From Geminicoccus sp. (GTDB taxonomy: Bacteria; Pseudomonadota; Alphaproteobacteria; Geminicoccales; Geminicoccaceae), in contig DAOLFG010000005.1 of assembly GCA_035326425.1 (NCBI GenBank), forward strand, positions 29,827 to 93,826: a stretch of DNA of 64,000 bases, written 5' to 3'. The position numbers and the translations under genes were made by a program. The notes below the pieces were generated by a model. The model saw only the letters and a list, made by a program, of their open reading frames with translations, searched no databases and was not told where the DNA came from. This document shows positions 37,868 to 46,139 of the stretch, one piece after another (positions within the stretch are counted from its first letter, which is position 1; each line of letters starts with the position of its first letter).

Positions 37868-38784
37868 GCGAGCCCCTGGCCATCGACGTGCACGGGCTGG
37901 CCAAGAGCTTCGGCGGCCGCAGCGTCGTGCGGGACTTCTCGCTCGCCGTGCCCAGGGGCGAGGTCTGGGGGTTCCTCGGTCCCAACGGCAGCGGCAAGAC
38001 CACCACCATCCGCATGCTGTGCGGCCTCCTGAAGCCGGACGCGGGCAGCGGCACCTGCCTCGGCTTCGACGTCATCCGCGAGAGCGAGGCCATCAAGCTG
38101 CGCACCGGCTACATGACGCAGCGGTTCAGCTTCTACGAGGATCTCACCGTTGCCGAGAACCTCGACTTCGTCGCCAGGCTCTATTCCGTGCCGCTGCGCA
38201 GGCAGGCGGTCGACCGCACCATCGCCGCCCTGGGCCTCGGCCATCGCCGCGGCCAGCTCGCCGGCCAGCTTTCCGGCGGCTGGAAGCAGCGGCTGGCCCT
38301 GGCCGCCTGCATGATGCACGAGCCGGCGCTGCTGCTGCTCGACGAGCCCACGGCCGGCGTCGACCCGCAGGCCCGCCGCGACTTCTGGGAGAAGATCCAC
38401 GAGCTCGCCGGAACCGGCATCACCGTGCTGGTCAGCACCCACTACATGGACGAGGCCGAGCGATGCGACCGCATCGTCTACCTGGCCTACGGCACCGTGC
38501 TGGCGCAGGGCACGGTGGCGGAGGTCGTGCGCGGTGCCGGCCTGACGACGCGGATCGCCAGCGGCGGCGGCGTGCGCGGCCTGTCGGTCGGGCTGGCGGG
38601 GATCGACGGCATCCAGACCGCCCTGTTCGGCACCCATCTGCATGTCAGCGCCGCGAGCGCCGAGCGGCTGCGGCAGGCGCTGGCGCCGTTCGAGACGGCA
38701 CCCGGCATCGCCTGGCAGGAAGCCGAGCCCAGCCTCGAGGACGTCTTCATCCACTTGATGGCGCCCTACCGCGAGAAGACGTGA
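37864..38784 (+). CDS. ABC transporter ATP-binding protein (ABC-2 / DrrA-like)
   Basis: Walker A GPNGSGKTT, signature LSGGWKQRL and Walker B LLLLDEPTAGVD. Start overlaps the hlyD stop. Confidence 0.9.
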   Translation: MSEPLAIDVHGLAKSFGGRSVVRDFSLAVPRGEVWGFLGPNGSGKTTTIRMLCGLLKPDAGSGTCLGFDVIRESEAIKLRTGYMTQRFSFYEDLTVAENLDFVARLYSVPLRRQAVDRTIAALGLGHRRGQLAGQLSGGWKQRLALAACMMHEPALLLLDEPTAGVDPQARRDFWEKIHELAGTGITVLVSTHYMDEAERCDRIVYLAYGTVLAQGTVAEVVRGAGLTTRIASGGGVRGLSVGLAGIDGIQTALFGTHLHVSAASAERLRQALAPFETAPGIAWQEAEPSLEDVFIHLMAPYREKT

Positions 38785-39917
38785 TGGCCCTGCCTTCGCC
38801 GAGCCGCATCCTGGCCATGATGCTGAAGGAGCTGATCCAGATGCGCCGCGACCGGCTCACCTTCGGCATGATGCTTGGCGTGCCGGTGATGCAGCTGCTG
38901 CTGTTCGGCTACGCCATCAACACCGATCCGCAATATCTCCCCGCCGCCGTCCAGATCCGCGACCACAGCCCGTTCGCCCGCAGCTTCGTGGCCGCGCTCG
39001 GGAATACCCGCTATTTCCGCATCGTCGGCAGCGTGGCGAGCGAGGCCGAGGCCGATGCCGTCCTCGACCGCGGCGAGGCCATGTTCGTCGTGACGATTCC
39101 CGAGGACTTCTCGCGCGACCTCGTCCGCGGTGATCGACCCGCGCTGTTGGTCGAGGTCGACGCCACCGATCCGGTGGCCGCCGGCAATGCGGTCAGCGCC
39201 TTGAACGAGCTGGCCCGCACTGCCCTCGACCGCGATCTCGACGGCACGCTGGCCGACCTGCGCGCCGGCGAGCCGCCGTTCGATCTCGTGCTGCACCGCC
39301 GCTACAATCCCGAGCGCACTACCGCCTACAACGTCGTGCCGGGCCTGCTGGGCGTCATCCTGACCATGACCATGGTGCTGATGACGGCGCTCGCCGTCAC
39401 GCGCGAGACCGAGCGGGGTACCATGGAGAACCTGCTGGCCATGCCGCTGCGGCCGGGAGAGGTGATGCTGGGCAAGATCCTGCCCTACGTCGCCGTCGGC
39501 TACGTGCAGGTGACGGTGGTGCTGCTGGCTGCCCGTTACCTCTTCGGCGTGCCGATGCTGGGATCGCTGCTGCTGCTGTCGGTGGCGCTGCTGGCCTTCA
39601 TCGGCGCCAACCTCGCCGTCGGCTTCACCTTCTCGACGCTGGCGCGCAACCAGCTCCAGGCCATGCAGCTCACCTTCTTCTTCTTTCTGCCCTCGATCCT
39701 GCTCTCGGGCTTCATGTTCCCGTTCGCCGGCATGCCCGGCTGGGCACAGGTGATCGGCGAGGTGCTGCCGCTCACCCATTTCGTGCGTATCGTCCGCGGT
39801 GTCCTCCTCAAGGGCAACGGCTTCGCCGAGATCTGGCCCAACGTCTGGCCGCTGCTGCTGTTCATGACCGTCGTCTCGACCGTGGCGCTGAAGCGGTACC
39901 GGCGGACGTTGGATTGA
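38784..39917 (+). CDS. ABC-2 type transporter permease
   Basis: ATG overlaps the ATPase stop (TGATG). 377 aa, starting LKELIQMRRDRLTFGMM, with 6 TM and a large periplasmic loop. Confidence 0.9.
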   Translation: MALPSPSRILAMMLKELIQMRRDRLTFGMMLGVPVMQLLLFGYAINTDPQYLPAAVQIRDHSPFARSFVAALGNTRYFRIVGSVASEAEADAVLDRGEAMFVVTIPEDFSRDLVRGDRPALLVEVDATDPVAAGNAVSALNELARTALDRDLDGTLADLRAGEPPFDLVLHRRYNPERTTAYNVVPGLLGVILTMTMVLMTALAVTRETERGTMENLLAMPLRPGEVMLGKILPYVAVGYVQVTVVLLAARYLFGVPMLGSLLLLSVALLAFIGANLAVGFTFSTLARNQLQAMQLTFFFFLPSILLSGFMFPFAGMPGWAQVIGEVLPLTHFVRIVRGVLLKGNGFAEIWPNVWPLLLFMTVVSTVALKRYRRTLD

Positions 39918-39983
39918 TGCAGGCGATTTGCTGGCACCGAGATGCCTGCATCGCTATGCTTGCCGGGATGGTGTGAGGGACCG

Positions 39984-40220
39984 ATGGCGCAGCTGACTGT
40001 CAGGAACGTCGACGACAAGGTCTACGAGACCCTCAAGGCCCGTGCCGCACGCAATCATCGCTCGCTCGAGGCGGAGGTCCGGACCTTACTCGAGAAGGCA
40101 GCACGCGATGAACGCCGTGAGGAATTCCTGCGCTGGACGGCAGCGCTCAGGGAAGAAATTCGGCCGCACTATTCCGGCAATGCGACGGCCGACATCCGCG
40201 AGGAACGCGACTCGCGGTGA
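39984..40220 (+). CDS. vapB: VapB/FitA-like ribbon-helix-helix antitoxin
   Basis: 78 aa. MAQLTVRNVDDKVYETLKARAARNHRSLEAEVR is the Arc/FitA-type RHH pattern. Its stop overlaps the vapC start. Confidence 0.8.
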   Translation: MAQLTVRNVDDKVYETLKARAARNHRSLEAEVRTLLEKAARDERREEFLRWTAALREEIRPHYSGNATADIREERDSR

Positions 40221-40636
40221 TCGTACTCGATGCCAGCGTCGCGGTCGCATGGTTTCTGCCGGAACAACATGCAAGCTTCGCCGCCGGGCTCGTCGCTGCT
40301 CGCCGTGAGCTGACAGCTCCCGACATCATTGTCGCCGAGGTCGGCAACGCGTTGGCGAAGGCGTTCCGGCGGGGAGACATCAAGCAGCCGAAGGTCGTCG
40401 CCGCGATCCAGCATCTGTTGAGCGGCATCGTGGAACTGCAGCCTTCAGTACCTTTGCTGTCGGATGCAGCCGATCTTGCGTGTCGCCTTCGTTGCTCTGT
40501 TTACGACGCGGCATATCTGGAACTCGCCCGCCGCCGACGTATCCCCATCGTAACGGACGATGCACGGCTTGCCGAGATTGCCGGCTCGATCAACGTCCGT
40601 GTTCACCGTCCCGGCGACGGCACGCTTCCCATCTGA
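40217..40636 (+). CDS. vapC: PIN-domain toxin VapC
   Basis: 139 aa. Acidic PIN residues in MIVLDASV, VAEVGNAL, VYDAAYLELA and IVTDD. Confidence 0.85.
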   Translation: MIVLDASVAVAWFLPEQHASFAAGLVAARRELTAPDIIVAEVGNALAKAFRRGDIKQPKVVAAIQHLLSGIVELQPSVPLLSDAADLACRLRCSVYDAAYLELARRRRIPIVTDDARLAEIAGSINVRVHRPGDGTLPI

Positions 40637-40638
40637 CG

Positions 40639-41265
40639 TCATCCCACCCGCGGCAGCGCCACCCCGATCATGCAGTCGCGCGTGACGATGCCGGCCAGCC
40701 GTTCCTCGCTCCAGCCTTCGGTGCCTTCCGGCCGCATCGGCACGACCAGATAGCGCAGCTCGGCCGTGGCGTCGTGGACGGTGATGCCGATGTCCTCGGG
40801 CAAGGTGAGCCCGAACTCCGCCAGCACGGCACGCGGCTCGCGAACCACCCGCGAGCGGTAGGCCCGCGACTTGTACCAGTCGGGCGAGGCGCCCAGCAGC
40901 AGCCGGGGGTAGCAGGAGCACAGCGTGCAGACGATGACGTTGTGGGTGTCGGGCGTGTTCTCGACCGCCCTGATCGGGATGCCGCCGCTGTCGATGCCGA
41001 GCTGCCGCGCCGCGGCGTTGACGTCCTCCAGCACCAGCTCGCGGAATGCGGGCTCGATCCAACTGCGCGCCACCAGCCTCGCCCCGTCGGCCGGGCTGCT
41101 GCTGTCGATCTGCTCGAGCGCGTGGCGCAGCTCGTCGCCGGTGAAGACGCCCTTCCCGATCATCAGCGCCAGCACCGCCTCGACCAGCGTCTCGTGATGG
41201 CCGAGCGGCGCGTCCTCGATGTCCGGCTGCTTCGGGTGCGGATGGTGATGGTGGGCATGGCTCAC
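40639..41265 (-). CDS. Nitrile hydratase alpha-subunit family protein (Co-type metal site)
   Basis: GTG start overlaps the upstream stop (GTGA). Metal-binding claw VCTLCSCYP. His-rich N-terminus MSHAHHHHPHP. Confidence 0.85.
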   Translation of the reverse strand: MSHAHHHHPHPKQPDIEDAPLGHHETLVEAVLALMIGKGVFTGDELRHALEQIDSSSPADGARLVARSWIEPAFRELVLEDVNAAARQLGIDSGGIPIRAVENTPDTHNVIVCTLCSCYPRLLLGASPDWYKSRAYRSRVVREPRAVLAEFGLTLPEDIGITVHDATAELRYLVVPMRPEGTEGWSEERLAGIVTRDCMIGVALPRVG

Positions 41266-41537
41266 GGCAAGGGCTCCAGCCAGCTCTCCTGCAGATCGAC
41301 GACCGTGCGATCCACGGCATTCGAGCCCCACAGCTCGGCGTGGGTGAAGCTCACGCGATAGACCGGCTGCCTCGGCAACCCGTCGCCGCCATAGGCCAAG
41401 CTCCCGGGATCGGGATGGACGGCCGCCAAGCCGACGATCCGACCCTGGCGGCCGCGCACATAGAAGGGTGTGCGGACATGGCCCGGCGGAAAGGAGCTTC
41501 GCACACGCACCGGCTGCCCGACGGGGAGGAAGCTCAC
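41262..41537 (-). CDS. Nitrile hydratase beta-subunit C-terminal-half-like protein (SH3-like domain)
   Basis: 91 aa. Contains GQPVRVRS......HVRTPFYVRG..G.I, typical of the NHase beta C-terminal domain. Confidence 0.7.
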   Translation of the reverse strand: MSFLPVGQPVRVRSSFPPGHVRTPFYVRGRQGRIVGLAAVHPDPGSLAYGGDGLPRQPVYRVSFTHAELWGSNAVDRTVVDLQESWLEPLP

Positions 41538-41851
41538 GGCCGCCCCGCCTCGGCGGCGGCCCGCCTGACCGAATCCATGGCCCTTCCGAGCTCGTCCACC
41601 GAGATCAGCCGCTTCTCCAGCAGGACATTGCTGATCGAGGTGATCCAGCGCTCGAAATAGGACAGGCGGTCATAGGCTTCCGGGCCGATCTCCTCGATGC
41701 CCCGCCGCAACTCGTCCAGCGTCATGAGCTTTCTCGCCAGCAGCAGCCGCAGCAGCGCGTCGACTTTCTTCTCCCAGGGCGCGTGGGCGTGATCCACGAG
41801 ATCGATCGGCCCGGCCTCAAGGCCGCCCATGTCGTGGTGCCGTCGCAGCAT
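41534..41851 (-). CDS. Nitrile hydratase beta-subunit N-terminal-half-like protein
   Basis: 105 aa. HDMGGL near the N-terminus plus WEKKVDALL...YYERW-like SYFERWI. Its stop overlaps the next start. Confidence 0.7.
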   Translation of the reverse strand: MLRRHHDMGGLEAGPIDLVDHAHAPWEKKVDALLRLLLARKLMTLDELRRGIEEIGPEAYDRLSYFERWITSISNVLLEKRLISVDELGRAMDSVRRAAAEAGRP

Positions 41852-41920
41852 CGCTGTCGTCCACCTGATGGATCCCCCTGATCCTAAACTCGGCGCTGCC
41901 GGTTGTCATCGCGGCCGGCA

Positions 41921-41944
41921 CGCTGTATTCGTCGAGCTATAGCG
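41921..41944. promoter_or_regulatory. Candidate ModE operator (Mo-box-like inverted repeat) upstream of modA
   Basis: CGCTGTAT-tcgtcgag-CTATAGCG, 17 nt upstream of the modA ATG. Resembles the CG.TATAT-N-ATATA.CG type sites. Imperfect. Confidence 0.45.
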
Positions 41945-41960
41945 CCTGGAGGAGACGGCG

Positions 41961-42743
41961 ATGCTCGGGCTGGTGAGAAGAGGCTTCCTGGCGTTGGTCC
42001 TCGGCGTTGGCCTCGCCGCGACGGCGCAAGCCGCGGACACGCAGGTCTTCGCCGCGGCCAGCCTGAAGAACGCGCTCGACAACATCATCGCCCAATACAA
42101 GGCCGAGACCGGCAAGGTGGTCTCCGCCTCCTATGCCGCCAGCTCGGCGCTGGCGCGGCAGATCGAGCAGGGCGCGCCTGCCGATATCTTCATGTCGGCC
42201 GACCTCGACTGGATGGACTATCTGCAGCAGCGCAATCTCATCGAGCCGGACACACGGGTCAACCTGCTCGGCAACCGGCTGGTGCTGATCGCGCCCGCGG
42301 ACTCGAACGCACAGATCGAGATCGGCAAGGGCTTCGAGCTCGCCAAGCTCCTGGGCGACGGCCGGCTGGCGGTGGGCGAGACCTCATCGGTGCCGGCCGG
42401 CCGGTATGCCAAGGCGGCGCTCGAGTCATTGGGCGCCTGGGCGTCGGTGGAGAGCAAGCTGGCGCCGGCCGAGAACGTCCGCGCGGCGATGGCCCTGGTG
42501 GCGCGCGGCGAGGCGCCGCTCGGCATCGTCTACGAGACCGACGCCGCGGCGGACAAGAGCGTCAAGGTAGTCGGCTTCTTTCCGCAGGACAGCCACCCGC
42601 CGATCGTCTATCCGGTGGCGCTGACAGCAGCCTCGACCAACCCCGATGCGCCGGCCTTCCTCGCCTATGTCCGCTCCGCCAGGGCCGCCCCGCTGTTCAA
42701 GGAGCAGGGCTTCACGCTCATCGGCGTTGCCGCCGGCAGCTAG
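41961..42743 (+). CDS. modA: Molybdate ABC transporter substrate-binding protein
   Basis: 260 aa with a signal peptide. Contains VFAAASL..A, FMSAD and P.GRYA..AL. Confidence 0.9.
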   Translation: MLGLVRRGFLALVLGVGLAATAQAADTQVFAAASLKNALDNIIAQYKAETGKVVSASYAASSALARQIEQGAPADIFMSADLDWMDYLQQRNLIEPDTRVNLLGNRLVLIAPADSNAQIEIGKGFELAKLLGDGRLAVGETSSVPAGRYAKAALESLGAWASVESKLAPAENVRAAMALVARGEAPLGIVYETDAAADKSVKVVGFFPQDSHPPIVYPVALTAASTNPDAPAFLAYVRSARAAPLFKEQGFTLIGVAAGS

Positions 42744-43436
42744 ATGCTCGGGCTGACGCCCGACGAGCTGGTAGCGGTCCGTCTCAGCCTCAGGGTCGCC
42801 ACCTGGGCGACCCTGGCGAGCCTTCCGGTCGGCCTCGCCGTGGCCCTGCTGCTGGCGCGTGGCCGGTTCTGGGGCCATTCGGCGCTCAACGTCCTGGTCC
42901 ATCTGCCGCTGGTGCTGCCGCCGGTGGTCACCGGCTACATCCTGCTGCTGCTGCTCGGCCGGCGCGGGCCGCTGGGCCAATTGCTGGAGCAGACCCTCGG
43001 CATCGTCGTCGCCTTCCGCTGGACCGGTGCCGTGATCGCCTCGGCGGTGATGGGCTTCCCGCTGCTGGTGCGGGCGATCCGCCTTTCGCTGGAGGCGGTC
43101 GACCACCGGCTCGAGGACGCCGCCCGCACGCTCGGCGCCAGCGGCCCCTGGGTCTTCCTCACCGTCACCCTGCCGCTGGTGCTGCCCGGCATCCTCGCCG
43201 GCATGATCCTGTGCTTCGCCAAGAGCCTGGGCGAGTTCGGCGCCACCATCACCTTCGTCTCGGCCATCCCCGGCGAGACCCGGACCCTGCCGGCGGCGAT
43301 CTACTCGCTGACCCAGGTGCCGGGCGGCGAGGCCGGGGCGCTGCGGCTGACCATGGTGGCGGTGGCCCTGGCGATGCTGGCGCTGCTCGCCTCCGAGATC
43401 GCGGCGAGGCGGGTGGCGGCGCGCGTCGTCGAATGA
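42744..43436 (+). CDS. modB: Molybdate ABC transporter permease
   Basis: 230 aa. EAA-like loop (EDAARTLGAS) and FGATITF. Confidence 0.9.
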   Translation: MLGLTPDELVAVRLSLRVATWATLASLPVGLAVALLLARGRFWGHSALNVLVHLPLVLPPVVTGYILLLLLGRRGPLGQLLEQTLGIVVAFRWTGAVIASAVMGFPLLVRAIRLSLEAVDHRLEDAARTLGASGPWVFLTVTLPLVLPGILAGMILCFAKSLGEFGATITFVSAIPGETRTLPAAIYSLTQVPGGEAGALRLTMVAVALAMLALLASEIAARRVAARVVE

Positions 43437-44557
43437 GCCTCGAGGTCGACATCGCCATGCAGCTCGGCACGTTCGAGCTGGAGGCACGCTTCACCGCGAC
43501 GTCCGGCATCACCGCGCTGTTCGGCCGCTCGGGCTCGGGCAAGACCTCGATCATCAATGCCATCGCCGGCCTGATCCGGCCCGAGCGCGGCCGGATCGCC
43601 GTCGACGGCACCGTGCTGCTCGACCGGGAGCGCGGCATCGACCTGCCGGCGCATCGCCGTCGCGTCGGCTACGTCTTCCAGGAGGCGCGGCTGTTCCCAC
43701 ACCTCACCGTGCGCCAGAACCTGCTCTACGGCCGTTGGTTCACGCCGCCACGCGAGCGCAGCGCCACGCTCGACGAGATCGTCGAGCTCCTGGCGCTCGG
43801 CTCGCTGCTCGGCCGCCGGCCTTCGCGGCTGTCGGGTGGCGAGCGGCAGCGGGTGGCGATCGGCCGCGCCCTGCTCGCCAGCCCGCGCATCCTGCTGATG
43901 GACGAGCCGCTGGCCTCGCTGGACGCGGCGCGCAAGGCCGAGATCCTGCCGTTCGTCGAGCGGCTCGGCCACGAGCTGCGGCTGCCGGTCGTCTATGTCA
44001 GCCACGCGCTGGAGGAGGTGGCGAGGCTGGCCTCGACCGTGGTGCTGGTGGCCGAGGGGCGCGTCGCCGATGCCGGTCCCACCGCCGATGTCCTGACCCG
44101 CATGGACTCCGCCGGCCGCAGCGGGCGGTTCGAGACAGCGTCGCTTCTGGAGGTGCGCGTCGCGGGGCAGGACGAGTCGTTCGGGCTCACCAGGCTCGAC
44201 CATTCGGCCGGAACCCTGGTCGTCCCGGCCCTCGCCGTTCCTGCCGGCACCACGCTGCGCCTGCGCATCCGCGCCCGCGATGTCGCCGTCTCCATCGCCC
44301 CGCCGCACGGCCTGTCGATCCGCAACGTCCTGCGCGGCCGGGTGGCGCGGCTGGTGCCGATGCCGCCGGCGCTGGTCGAGGTCGAGCTCGACCTCGCGGG
44401 CTCGCCGCTCGCCGCCCGCATCACCCGCCGCTCGGCTGTCGAGCTCGACCTGTCGATCGGCCGCGAGGTCTGGGCGCTCATCAAGTCGGCGGCCCTCGAA
44501 GGTCCGGGAGCCACCCCGGCGCTCAGCTGGGAGGACGAATCGGAGCTTCCTGGCTGA
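43433..44557 (+). CDS. modC: Molybdate ABC transporter ATP-binding protein with a C-terminal TOBE/Mop domain
   Basis: ATG overlaps the modB stop (ATGA). Walker A GRSGSGKTS, signature LSGGERQRV and a C-terminal SIRNVL.G.V TOBE pattern. Confidence 0.9.
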   Translation: MSLEVDIAMQLGTFELEARFTATSGITALFGRSGSGKTSIINAIAGLIRPERGRIAVDGTVLLDRERGIDLPAHRRRVGYVFQEARLFPHLTVRQNLLYGRWFTPPRERSATLDEIVELLALGSLLGRRPSRLSGGERQRVAIGRALLASPRILLMDEPLASLDAARKAEILPFVERLGHELRLPVVYVSHALEEVARLASTVVLVAEGRVADAGPTADVLTRMDSAGRSGRFETASLLEVRVAGQDESFGLTRLDHSAGTLVVPALAVPAGTTLRLRIRARDVAVSIAPPHGLSIRNVLRGRVARLVPMPPALVEVELDLAGSPLAARITRRSAVELDLSIGREVWALIKSAALEGPGATPALSWEDESELPG

Positions 44558-44891
44558 CCGCGAGCCCAGCCTCGAGCGCATCGACATCCGCCGAAAGCGC
44601 CTGGCGCGCCAGCGCCTCCATCGCCCGGTAGCGTGCCACCAGGTCCGCCCCGAAGGGCGTCAGCGCCGCCCCGCCGCCCTGCGTGCCGCCCAGCCTCGTC
44701 ACCACCACCGGCTCGCGGAAGGTCTGGTTCAGATCGTCGACCAGGTCCCAGGCCCGCTTGTAGGACATGCCGATCGACCGGCCCGCCGCCGAGATCGAGC
44801 CCGTCGACTGGATGCGCTCCAGCAGCGCTACCTTGCCGGGCCCCAGCCGCCGTCCGCCGGGGAAGTCCAGTCTGAGGCTGAGGCGAGTCAC
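44523..44891 (-). CDS. ModE N-terminal-domain-like winged-helix regulator (no Mop domains)
   Basis: 122 aa with a GTG start. GPGKVALLERIQSTGSISAAGRSIGMSYKRAWDLV matches the ModE DNA-binding domain. Its 3' end overlaps the modC end by 35 nt. Confidence 0.8.
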   Translation of the reverse strand: MTRLSLRLDFPGGRRLGPGKVALLERIQSTGSISAAGRSIGMSYKRAWDLVDDLNQTFREPVVVTRLGGTQGGGAALTPFGADLVARYRAMEALARQALSADVDALEAGLAVSQEAPIRPPS

Positions 44892-45030
44892 GCGGCCGAA
44901 CTCCAGCCTGATACCAAGCTTAGAATCATTTCAACTCTATACAAGGACGTGTTTCGCCTTCCTCGTGCGAATAGACCATTGCGTTGAGGTGTTGCAGCCA
45001 CGGGCTCGACCATTTCAGGAGGAAATATCC

Positions 45031-46065
45031 ATGCTACGCATCACCCGGCGCCATGCCGTTGCCGCGGTGGCGCTCGCGGCCAGCTTGCTGGCCGGTGGCG
45101 CCGCCCGTGCCGAAGGTGAGGTCAACGTCTACAACGCGCGTCACTATGGCACGGACGACCAGCTCTGGAACGGCCTGACCAAGGCCACGGGTATCAAGGT
45201 CAACGTCGTCTCGGGCAACCACGACGAGCTGATCCAGCGCATGGTGACCGAGGGTCAGAACAGCCCCGCCGACCTGTTCATCACGGTCGACGCCGGACGT
45301 CTCGCCTTCGCAATGGACAAAGGCGTCTTCCAGCCGGTGACCTCGCCAGTGCTGGACGCTACGATCCCGGCCAACCTGCGCGAGCCCTCGGGGCTGTGGT
45401 ACGGCATGGCGATGCGCGCGCGTGTCATCATGTACGACAAGAGCAAGGTGAAGCCCGGCGACATCTCGACCTACGAGGATCTCGCCGACCCGAAGTGGAA
45501 GGGACAGATCCTCATCCGCTCCAGCACCAATGTCTACAATCTCAGCCTGATGGGCTCCCTGCTGGCGGCGCATGGCGCCGAGAAGACCGAGGCGTGGTGC
45601 AAGGGCCTGGTCGCCAACATGGCCCGTCCGCCGGAAGGCGGCGACACCGACCAGATCAACGCCGTGGCTGCCGGCGTCGGCTCGCTGGCGGTGTCCAACA
45701 CCTACTACCTCGCCAGGCTCGGCTCTTCGGGCAAGCCGGCCGAGCAGGCGGTGTTCGACAAGATCGGCGTGATCTTCCCCAACCAGAACGACCGCGGCAC
45801 CCACGTCAACGTCAGCGGAGTCGGTGTCGCGAAGTATGCGCCCAACAAGGACAACGCCGTCAAGGCGATGGAGTACCTCGCCTCGCCGGAGGCCCAGCGC
45901 TACTTCGCCGACGTCAGCCTGGAATACCCGGCGAACCCCGAGGTGAAGCCGCACCCGGTGCTGGCCGGCTTCGGCAGCTTCGAGCAGGACAAGCTGAACG
46001 CCGCCACCTTCGCGGCCAACAGCGCCGAGGTCGCCAAGATCGCCGACCGCTGCGGCTGGAGGTGA
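45031..46065 (+). CDS. Fe(3+) ABC transporter substrate-binding protein (FbpA/AfuA-like)
   Basis: AGGAGG RBS, signal peptide, VNVYNARHY.....L and a general FbpA-like pattern. No cognate permease or ATPase is adjacent. Confidence 0.85.
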   Translation: MLRITRRHAVAAVALAASLLAGGAARAEGEVNVYNARHYGTDDQLWNGLTKATGIKVNVVSGNHDELIQRMVTEGQNSPADLFITVDAGRLAFAMDKGVFQPVTSPVLDATIPANLREPSGLWYGMAMRARVIMYDKSKVKPGDISTYEDLADPKWKGQILIRSSTNVYNLSLMGSLLAAHGAEKTEAWCKGLVANMARPPEGGDTDQINAVAAGVGSLAVSNTYYLARLGSSGKPAEQAVFDKIGVIFPNQNDRGTHVNVSGVGVAKYAPNKDNAVKAMEYLASPEAQRYFADVSLEYPANPEVKPHPVLAGFGSFEQDKLNAATFAANSAEVAKIADRCGWR

Positions 46066-46103
46066 GCGGGGCACGCCCGGCCTTTTGCTGATCATACGGT
46101 CTC

Positions 46104-46128
46104 GGTGCCCGGCCTTCCGCCGGGCACC
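46104..46128. terminator. Perfect 10-bp GC hairpin between convergent genes
   Basis: GGTGCCCGGC-cttcc-GCCGGGCACC. No clear U-tract on either strand, so function as a terminator or REP-like element is uncertain. Confidence 0.4.
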
Positions 46129-46139
46129 GGACGCCGCCT

